From an uncultured bacterium (GTDB lineage: Bacteria > Auribacterota > UBA3054 > JAPLST01), in the NCBI GenBank assembly GCA_964397565.1, contig CAYNJC010000001.1, positions 144,966-208,965 of the forward strand: a stretch of DNA of 64,000 nt, read 5' to 3'. The position numbers and the translations under genes are program-made. Below the pieces are notes generated by a model. The model did no database searches. It was given only the letters and a program-made list of their open reading frames with translations, and was not told the origin of the DNA. Below are positions 56,820 to 64,000 of this stretch, in pieces. Position 1 is the first letter of the stretch. Each line of letters starts with the position of its first letter.

Positions 56820-57938
56820 TCATAGGAGGCAGTTGCAGCAGAACGTGCCGTTCAAGCCGGCTGCTCGCCATGACTCGGCTCCTTCTTTGCATAGTCCGAT
56901 TCGCGTGATGCCCCGGTGCCGCAACCGGGCTACAATGTGCGCGAACATTGCATGCCGCCGTTCTGGCGGATAGCGCAGCTTGCCATGGTCTTTGACCAGC
57001 CCACGCTCTATCTTCAATAGTGGCGAATCCGGGAACCGCAGTCGGATATGATTGCCTAGCATGCACGCCGGGCGATATTCTCCGATAGTCACCACAGATG
57101 GCTTGACAGTATCGGCAATGTCGTCCACGAGTTGCGCGTAGTCTCGTTCCCAGGTCGAGTAGTAGAAAACCGGGTCGATCCTGAGACGGATTTCATAGCC
57201 CGCATCCTGAACTCGTCGTGCGGCCAGGAGTCGGTCGCCCACTGGGGGCGCACGATGCTCAAGATGCTTGGCAACTTTGTCCGTGTTGACGCTGAACGAC
57301 ACTGCAACACGTCCTTGCCCATCCAGCTCAAGCAGGTTGTCAACACATGCGCTTTTTGTAAGGAACAAGAGGCTGGTGCGTGCCGTGTTCTCCGTGACAA
57401 ACGGTATGATGACTTTGCTGAACGCAGTCACGTCGTCAATGGCCAGGGGATCGCCCAGCTCGCCAAGGTTGAGCATGCGTAGCCGTGGCGGGATGTCCGC
57501 CTTGTCAAACACGGCAATCTCGCGGAACAACCGCTCATAGTTTGCGTAGTGGATGGAAAACGGACGCGTGCGGAATGTCAGGTACAGATAGCAGTATTCG
57601 CACCAGTAGTTGCAGTTGTTGTAGGCGGACAGCTTATAGAATTTGGCGCACCGGCCAAGTGGATGCTCGAACTGCGAGATGAAGGGTGACGTCCGATTGC
57701 GCAGCACAAGGATGTCGCGTTCCTGCTCGAGCTTCACGACTGATGACTCTCCATTAGGCGCGGGCAGTGCATCCACCCAATGCAGCTTCACATCAGCGTT
57801 GTCAGCAATTGTCTCGGCACGCGCAGCCTCGACGCCGCGCAACGCCCATATTTCCTTGACGAGCGCATGCGACGCGGTGCGCGTGGCGTACACAACTCTA
57901 TGGCGCAAAAGCAAGAGCTCCTGTGAAGACGCGCTCAT
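56820..57938 (-). CDS. spore photoproduct lyase-like radical SAM DNA repair protein (SplB/COG1533 family)
   Basis: CxxxCxxC cluster YNNCNYWCEYCYL. The size and arrangement are typical of SPL-family enzymes. Confidence 0.7.
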   Translation of the reverse strand: MSASSQELLLLRHRVVYATRTASHALVKEIWALRGVEAARAETIADNADVKLHWVDALPAPNGESSVVKLEQERDILVLRNRTSPFISQFEHPLGRCAKFYKLSAYNNCNYWCEYCYLYLTFRTRPFSIHYANYERLFREIAVFDKADIPPRLRMLNLGELGDPLAIDDVTAFSKVIIPFVTENTARTSLLFLTKSACVDNLLELDGQGRVAVSFSVNTDKVAKHLEHRAPPVGDRLLAARRVQDAGYEIRLRIDPVFYYSTWERDYAQLVDDIADTVKPSVVTIGEYRPACMLGNHIRLRFPDSPLLKIERGLVKDHGKLRYPPERRHAMFAHIVARLRHRGITRIGLCKEGAESWRAAGLNGTFCCNCLL

Positions 57939-58302
57939 TTGTGGCTACAGGTTGCATTTCCCAGGGGAATATGCTACAATTAATCAATCCGCTTGAGCGG
58001 AGGTGGATCGCCCGTAGGGGCGAGCGTAGGGGGGTCTCGCATGAGGCCTCTTTATTTTTCGGGGTACAAAACATAGCCGTAGCAACTGCGTTTATTTTGT
58101 GGTCTAGTCGCGGCCCTTATTGTGTTGCCAAGTCGGCAGATTTCAACAAAGAGTTGAGCAATCACGAACTATTACAATTGACTTTATTTGTCGTTTGACG
58201 TGGTCCAGCATTTCAGATCCGGAAAAACCGCACCGCCATTTGTTATGTCATTGCTCCTGAACATCTCTGACCGCCCTGTGCTATAACTCAAACCGAAATA
58301 GC

Positions 58303-58770
58303 TCAAGGTATGATCTCTATTCGAAAGCGCATATGCGGCACATCTGCCATCATGTTGAAGACACCAATATTATAGACCCAAGTAATTCCCGGGCCTCGAA
58401 CAGGTTGTTCAGCCCCGGAGAGTTCAACGGCATCCAATGATGTAAGCAAAGGGGCTTGAGCAAGAAAGTGTTTTGGAGTCAAGATGATTCTCACTGGCAT
58501 CAAGTTTGTTGTACGCTCAACGTGAACTCTGTCGATGTAGTTCAAGCCACCCAAGTCAGCAAGTATTTTGTCCTCAGCATCAAATACGACACTAGGTCTA
58601 ACCCGGCTGGCAAGTTCACATAGAACATTTGGATCCTTCAATTTCTGTGTAACCCTCCAATCTATGTACTTGCTCGCGCCAAATAACGCTCCCAATAGAA
58701 TCGAAATGGTAGTCACGGCATTGACCATTCGCTTGATACTGTTCCAGATATCTCTTAGGATTGTTTTCAC
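58303..58770 (-). CDS. hypothetical membrane-anchored protein in low-GC island
   Basis: 155 aa with an N-terminal TM helix (VTTISILLGALFGASKYI). Low GC. It lies immediately downstream of the RM gene. Confidence 0.5.
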   Translation of the reverse strand: MKTILRDIWNSIKRMVNAVTTISILLGALFGASKYIDWRVTQKLKDPNVLCELASRVRPSVVFDAEDKILADLGGLNYIDRVHVERTTNLMPVRIILTPKHFLAQAPLLTSLDAVELSGAEQPVRGPGITWVYNIGVFNMMADVPHMRFRIEIIP

Positions 58771-58778
58771 TTTGCCCC

Positions 58779-61763
58779 TTATTCCATATTAGTTTGCGCT
58801 GTCGTCACAAGCGCAATATCTTCTTCGGACAAATTGTAGAGTTCATACACCAGTTTGTCAATCAGGCGGTCGGTCGCGGCGATCTGGCCCTCCAAGGCCT
58901 CCTTCTCGTGCGGCGTCTTGGCGGAGCGCAACTGGTGTTGGAGACTCATCATTCTTTCTACAGATTTGACCACCACATGATGCATTGATGAATCATCACT
59001 CGCAGAGAAATCTATCCTCCGAAACGGCAACGACTCTATTTCGTTTGTAGCCACATTGTTGTTTGAGCTCGTTAACTTGAATCTCCATTGAATCAACCGC
59101 GAGTTTAGTATTGCAAGGATATACTCAAGTCCATATCGCGAATCTTGTGAAACGACGATGGAATTGGTGGAATCAGCAAAGTATGTTGGGGGATCAACAA
59201 TACTGGCCACAACGCGTAATCGCTCGTCAAGCCCGGTGATGCGTTGCGTGGCTATCCTTCGATAACAGACAAAACGTTTTGGTTTGTTGCATGAAAGGTA
59301 GGCGTTCTCCTTGAACCATTCGCGAACCCCTTGTTTAAGAGTGGTCCTAATATTGTATCTGCCAACCTCTGCACCCTTCAGCAGTCTGGCGTTGCCAGGA
59401 TCGCTTGTTATGAACTCCCGATATATGGTTTGATTTATCTCTCCGCGCGATACTGTGAACTCCGACAACTCACCAAAACGCGACACATTGTGCTGGTTGT
59501 GTGTTTTCTTGCAGAGTTCCCATTCCCGCTCGCTCACCAGAGGAATTGGTGTTGTTACGGGATCCAGCTTTGCGGCGTCTGCCATTTCAATAATTGCAGA
59601 ACGCGGCTTGTCATTGAAAGAGTTCCAGGGATAAACATGAATAGACACTGATGCATCTGAACGCATCGTTGCCATTGTGCGAGTTGCGGTAAAAACCGTT
59701 GTAGATAGTTTTGCATTCCGGAAGACCCTTCTTGATGCGTTGTCCTTCTGTGGGAAACATTCCAAAACTAGATCCGTTGTATTTAATATCAAGTGTTTCC
59801 GTGTTGGTGCACATGACGCGTCAGCTAACAAGGCCAAGGGAACAATCAAACCAGTTCTGCCATGCTCCTTAACAAGTTCAATGCATTTGACGACAAAAAA
59901 CCTAAAGAGATTGCCTTTTCCACCCAAGGCTGCGCACAGTTTTGGGATGCATTTAGCATACATTGCCAGAGCTTCGTGAGGCCAAGATGCATTGCCACGT
60001 TCTTTCTCCATAACATCATAGGGTGGATTGCCGATGACTGCGTCGAAGCCTTGGCCGGAATCCTTTTGGCCAAGTATCTGCGGGAACGCTGCGTTCCAGT
60101 CGAAGACATTGATGCGCATGCGGTCGTCGTCGGACAACGCGGGCAGATTAGGTTGCTGGTAGAAGTCTGGGCCGATTAGCGAGTTGCCGCATTTGATATT
60201 ACTGCCCAAATCGGGTAGCGCCCTTTCGTGGAACAGGTCGAACACTTGCTGCACGCTCTGCTCGGATTCGCCTTCAAGGACTTTCAGCAAAAGCGAGAGC
60301 TTGGTCACCTCCACGGCCTGCTGGTCTATGTCCACGCCGTAGATGCTGTTGAGAAGAATCCGCTTGCGCTCGGCGATGGTCAGCTTCCAGCCGCCTTTGA
60401 CTTGGACCAGCGCCGGTTTGCTTCCTTTCGCCCATTTCACTGGCTCGTTGGCTGTGTACCAGTTCAGATGCCAATCGAGCAGGAACTGGTATGCGCCAAT
60501 CAGGAACGAGCCTGAGCCGCAGGCTGGATCTAGCACATGGATGGTTGCCACTTCACGCGGCGTCTTGCCCTCGACCAGCCTGCCCACAGTCTGTTTCACA
60601 ATGTAATCCACGATGTACGTGGGCGTGTAGTAGACGCCGCCGGCCTTCTTGACTTCGGGCTTGTCCTCGACCTTGGCCCGGTGGCCATCGGTCAGACGGA
60701 TGACCTTGCCGAGGAACTGTTCGTAGACTTGGCCGAGAATGTCGGACGATATGACGCTGAAGGCATAGGGGCTGTCTGGATAGTAAACCGCCTTGAGCAT
60801 GGCGCGGAGGACATCATCATCAACTTCGAGCGAATGCGTGAGCTCGTCGGGTTGTTCGATGCGGCCTTTCTCTTTCTTGAAACAGAACAGGCCGGAATTG
60901 TAACGCGCATCGGCCTTGACAAACAATTCGCACAAGCGCGGGTAGAGTCGGTTACCGTTTGTGAGCGCGAGCATGCGGCCATAGTCCTCAATGCCGCGGT
61001 CTTCGCAGATGCGCAGGAAGACGATGCGGTCAATGATGCGCTGCACGGCAAAATTGAGTTCGCGGGTCGAGAGGCCGGCATTGCGCAGGGCAAGCGAACG
61101 GGCAAGTTCGCTGCGCCATGACTCAATCGTTGCGAGGAAGTCGTCATCAACGTCGGCCGTGCCGCGCTTGGCTTTGTTCGTCTCGGCGAACTTGTCGAAC
61201 GAGCCTTTGAGCACGGCGTCACGCGAGAAAATCGAGGCGATCCAGTCAAACCTCTCGGGATACTCATCACAGGTGCAGTAGAAGACGCGGGCAGTCGAGG
61301 CGGGATCGGTCTTGACCGGTTTGATGCGGCAATCGTAGACGGCGAACTCCTCGAAGTCGCTCAGAATGCTGAGCGGCAGCTTGGCGGACCAGGCGTAGCG
61401 CCGAAGCTGGTAGGCAGCACTGATCTCGTCCTTGATTGAGACGCTGGGTTTCTTGGCTTCGAGGAAGAACTTGCGCGTGCCGCCGATGCGGAAGCAGTAG
61501 TCGGGCGCCTTGACGGCACCGGCGATGCGGATGGCGTCCTCGTGAATGACATCCTTGTACGGTTCGGCATAGCCCGCAGAGTTGTCCATGTCCCAGCCAA
61601 GCGACTTGAAGAACGGGTCAAGGAACTCGCGCCGGAGCTGCGTCTCGTTGTACTGGCCAGCAGCGTACGTCTCGCGGTGCTGGTTGAACCGCGCAAGAAG
61701 CTCGAGGACAGGAGGCGATGCGCTCATGGCGATATTATAGCGAAGATGGAGCAGACTGTCCAT
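58779..61763 (-). CDS. Type IIG restriction-modification enzyme (fused PD-ExK endonuclease + N6-adenine methyltransferase + target recognition domain; MmeI/Eco57I-like)
   Basis: N-terminal PD...EAK motif (PDYCFRIGGTRKFFLEAKKP). Methyltransferase motif I LDPACGSGSFL and motif IV NPPY (VIGNPPYDV). C-terminal TRD ending ...LIDKLVYELYNLSEEDIALV, as in MmeI-family enzymes. 994 aa. GC content is clearly below the genome background. Confidence 0.8.
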   Translation of the reverse strand: MDSLLHLRYNIAMSASPPVLELLARFNQHRETYAAGQYNETQLRREFLDPFFKSLGWDMDNSAGYAEPYKDVIHEDAIRIAGAVKAPDYCFRIGGTRKFFLEAKKPSVSIKDEISAAYQLRRYAWSAKLPLSILSDFEEFAVYDCRIKPVKTDPASTARVFYCTCDEYPERFDWIASIFSRDAVLKGSFDKFAETNKAKRGTADVDDDFLATIESWRSELARSLALRNAGLSTRELNFAVQRIIDRIVFLRICEDRGIEDYGRMLALTNGNRLYPRLCELFVKADARYNSGLFCFKKEKGRIEQPDELTHSLEVDDDVLRAMLKAVYYPDSPYAFSVISSDILGQVYEQFLGKVIRLTDGHRAKVEDKPEVKKAGGVYYTPTYIVDYIVKQTVGRLVEGKTPREVATIHVLDPACGSGSFLIGAYQFLLDWHLNWYTANEPVKWAKGSKPALVQVKGGWKLTIAERKRILLNSIYGVDIDQQAVEVTKLSLLLKVLEGESEQSVQQVFDLFHERALPDLGSNIKCGNSLIGPDFYQQPNLPALSDDDRMRINVFDWNAAFPQILGQKDSGQGFDAVIGNPPYDVMEKERGNASWPHEALAMYAKCIPKLCAALGGKGNLFRFFVVKCIELVKEHGRTGLIVPLALLADASCAPTRKHLILNTTDLVLECFPQKDNASRRVFRNAKLSTTVFTATRTMATMRSDASVSIHVYPWNSFNDKPRSAIIEMADAAKLDPVTTPIPLVSEREWELCKKTHNQHNVSRFGELSEFTVSRGEINQTIYREFITSDPGNARLLKGAEVGRYNIRTTLKQGVREWFKENAYLSCNKPKRFVCYRRIATQRITGLDERLRVVASIVDPPTYFADSTNSIVVSQDSRYGLEYILAILNSRLIQWRFKLTSSNNNVATNEIESLPFRRIDFSASDDSSMHHVVVKSVERMMSLQHQLRSAKTPHEKEALEGQIAATDRLIDKLVYELYNLSEEDIALVTTAQTNME

Positions 61764-61825
61764 CAGCCGTGCGAGGGTGTTCCGCCCTGGTTGCGTTCGC
61801 GACTACGGAATGCTACACTTACCGT

Positions 61826-64000
61826 ATGCACTACACTAAACGTTGTTGGTTGGTATTCATTCTGTGCGCGGGCACCTGCCCGGCCGCGCCGTATGGTTTG
61901 GATGTCTATCGCCATATCGAGTTGTTGCCGCAGGTAACCCCGCTGGTCTTTGCGCATGGTTTTTCGAGTTACGAGCGCAACGGCGCCAATTACGATCGCG
62001 GTTTTTTTCTCTACAAGAGCGGCAGCGAATACGTGATGGCGGACATCCGCGGCGCCGGTGTGCTCGCGCGGCTGTGGACGACCGGGCAGAACGGCGCGCT
62101 GCGCCTGCGCGTGTATCTAGATGGGCCGCGCGTGGTTGACAAGACCTTTTCGGATTTCTTTGATGGTGTCGGCGCGCCGTATCTGGCGCCGTTGGTCGTC
62201 AATGACGAAGTCTCCAGCGGCGGCTTTGTCTCGTACCTGCCGATCACGTTTTCCAACAGTTGCCGCGTGACCAGCACCGACGCCAGCTTGTACTACAACA
62301 TCAATCTGCTAACCTATAATGACGGCACGGCCATTCCGCGCTGGCAGACCAATGAATCATCCGCCGACGTGCGCAGCATCTGGAACAACGCCGGCGCCCC
62401 CGTAGGAATTTACACCAACACGAGTTTTGCCACTAATACATTTACCCTGGCACCCTACACGGCAGTTGCCTTGGCGAACATCACCGGCGCGTACGTGCTG
62501 CATGGCATACGGCTGCGCAATCCGCTGTTGACCTACGACGGGCCGCGCCGCGCCACGGACAATGGCCGGGCGTTCATTGCCACCAACGGTTTCTCACAAT
62601 TCATCATGGCGATTGCATCCAACAACACCGGTGTGCAGTTGACGCGCCGGTTGGATGCCGGCATCGGCGATCAACGCGCCCGCGTGGTAATTGACGGCGG
62701 CGTCGTGGGCGAATGGTACACGCCCGGCGCGCAATCAGGGTTCCTCGACAGTGATTTTCCGATTCCGGCGGCGGTGACGGAGGGCAAGGCCGCCATTACC
62801 GCGCGGATCGAGTTTGTCAGCAGCGGCTTTGATTGGAATGAGTTCTACTATTGGGCGTATTCGCTGACCGGCGCCGTTGCCACGCTGACCGACGAACTCG
62901 ACGTCGGCACGCCCGCCAGTGAGGCTGCGCATGCCTATGTGATCAATAATCAGTCGTGGCAGGGCACGCGCACGTACGAGTACACCATCACGAATATGCC
63001 GCGCCATCTTGACTGGAGCACCGGCGTGTGGCTGTGCGCTGACTGGGACGATACCATCACCAATGCGGTGCGCGCGCCGGTCGGGCTGTTTTTCTGCACA
63101 CCGTTCGGCGTGCAGGACGTGCACACACTGCTGGTCGGTTGCCTGACCAACACGATGGAATCCTACTGCTATGCGCCGATGCCGTTTGCCAGTCATGGCC
63201 TTGTCTGGCTGACCAATACCAGCGCGCAGACCTTCAGCAATCTGTGGTGCGAAACGCGCTGGAGTGACCTGCCCGACAATCCAGGCGCACTGGGCTGGTT
63301 TCATGCAACCTATCACAGTGCCGAGATGGTCAGTGACCCGGGCGATTATGTGTTTCTCGACGTGCAGGGCTGCGGCGCGCTGATCGGCGTGTCGCATTGG
63401 ATGCGCGGGCCGACGTTCCGCGGCTATCTTGAAGGCGATGAACGCATCTATGTTGACGGCGCGCGGGCACCGCGGGTGCAGGGCACCGGCACCGAGGATT
63501 ACTACAATGGCGGCTGGTACTTCAACGGCGGCTGTTTTGCCGTGCCCAGTCATGGCAATTCACATCATGTGGCACTTGCAGATGAAGACTGGACATCTTG
63601 TTACCGCTGGCATCTCGCCGATCGCATTCCCTTCCGCAGCGCGTTGCGTGCCACTATGGAGCATGGCTGGGAGAATAATATTGACGTGACCTACGCCAGC
63701 GTCGCATTCTGGTACGGCCGGCCGCAGTCATTGCTGACCCACGTGGATGCGTTCGACATCGGCGATCCGGCATCCGAAGCCGCCCATGCGTTTGTCACCA
63801 ATGGCGCAGCCGACCTTTACACTCTGGACGCCGCCTATGATGGTGAGGATGATCTGACGCGCATCATTGATGCCGGCCGGCTGACCCGCGCGCAGTATTC
63901 CTTTCAGGTCGCCGTGGATCCTCTCGCCGATGCCCTGCTGTTGCGCCGCCGTAATGATTTCGCGTACACCAATCAATCCGCCCTGGTGGATGTCAACGGC
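61826..64000 (+). CDS. DUF2961-like (GH172-like) secreted protein, 3' truncated at window end
   Basis: Frame 2 is open from ATG 61826 to the window end (>720 codons). Because it has no stop codon it is missing from the ORF track. It has a signal-like N-terminus (CWLVFILCAGTCPAAP) and a GTGTEDYYNGGWYF motif typical of DUF2961, and an internal duplication is suggested by two ...EAAHAxV... segments. The family assignment is tentative. Confidence 0.6.
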   Translation, partial: MHYTKRCWLVFILCAGTCPAAPYGLDVYRHIELLPQVTPLVFAHGFSSYERNGANYDRGFFLYKSGSEYVMADIRGAGVLARLWTTGQNGALRLRVYLDGPRVVDKTFSDFFDGVGAPYLAPLVVNDEVSSGGFVSYLPITFSNSCRVTSTDASLYYNINLLTYNDGTAIPRWQTNESSADVRSIWNNAGAPVGIYTNTSFATNTFTLAPYTAVALANITGAYVLHGIRLRNPLLTYDGPRRATDNGRAFIATNGFSQFIMAIASNNTGVQLTRRLDAGIGDQRARVVIDGGVVGEWYTPGAQSGFLDSDFPIPAAVTEGKAAITARIEFVSSGFDWNEFYYWAYSLTGAVATLTDELDVGTPASEAAHAYVINNQSWQGTRTYEYTITNMPRHLDWSTGVWLCADWDDTITNAVRAPVGLFFCTPFGVQDVHTLLVGCLTNTMESYCYAPMPFASHGLVWLTNTSAQTFSNLWCETRWSDLPDNPGALGWFHATYHSAEMVSDPGDYVFLDVQGCGALIGVSHWMRGPTFRGYLEGDERIYVDGARAPRVQGTGTEDYYNGGWYFNGGCFAVPSHGNSHHVALADEDWTSCYRWHLADRIPFRSALRATMEHGWENNIDVTYASVAFWYGRPQSLLTHVDAFDIGDPASEAAHAFVTNGAADLYTLDAAYDGEDDLTRIIDAGRLTRAQYSFQVAVDPLADALLLRRRNDFAYTNQSALVDVNG

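Noticed and set aside
57923-58198. 91-aa + strand ORF in the gap left of the island. A similar 98-aa ORF lies at 7336-7632, after the ftsZ terminator.
   Set aside because: No RBS and no motifs; composition is typical of noncoding read-through. Both regions are better explained as intergenic, and the second contains a terminator and a promoter.
57939-58302. tRNA or att site at the left border of the low-GC island.
   Set aside because: No tRNA-like T-arm (GTTCRANYC) or acceptor/CCA structure is visible in the 360-bp gap. Only a short imperfect direct repeat shared with the right border was found.

Overview
This is a 64 kb high-GC (~65%) bacterial chromosomal window from an unidentified lineage. 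It has many secreted proteins and two PEP-CTERM proteins. It opens with a division/cell-wall block on the + strand, ftsW-murG-murC-ftsQ-ftsA-ftsZ with no ddl, preceded by the 3' end of a LysM protein. The rest is a patchwork of accessory modules:
- Glycan locus: a GT2 polyprenol-phosphate glycosyltransferase, a PIN-domain toxin with a small downstream partner, a cobalamin-binding radical SAM enzyme with a NodU/CmcH-type carbamoyltransferase, a CDF metal exporter, and a GT-C (PMT/ArnT-like) membrane glycosyltransferase.
- Secreted-protein cluster: a metzincin-type metalloprotease with a TP-repeat linker, and a DUF3604 protein and a parallel beta-helix protein that both carry PEP-CTERM tails.
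- Tandem CNNM/CorC paralogs, a non-FGly sulfatase-family gene, and pstSCAB embedded in a repeat-rich region.
- lysS, an esterase with Ig-like repeats, and a ptsN-uspA-prepilin peptidase block.
- A HAD / URO-D-like / Gfo-Idh-MocA::GNAT fusion cluster, then dinB.
- A secretin next to a sigma54 GAF activator, then periplasmic SOD, nitronate monooxygenase, a thyX-ABC-TPR operon, a GH13-PKD enzyme, and an SPL-type radical SAM.
- A ~3.8 kb low-GC island carrying a fused Type IIG restriction-modification enzyme.
- A DUF2961-like gene that runs off the window end and is missing from the ORF track.

All calls rest on recognisable motifs in the supplied translations and on sequence inspection. No database search was possible. 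Superimposed on the genes are several genome-specific repeat families (MITE-like ~70-130 bp elements, REP palindromes, heptamer and nonamer microsatellites). The low-GC island and several unusual gene pairings are reported as findings.
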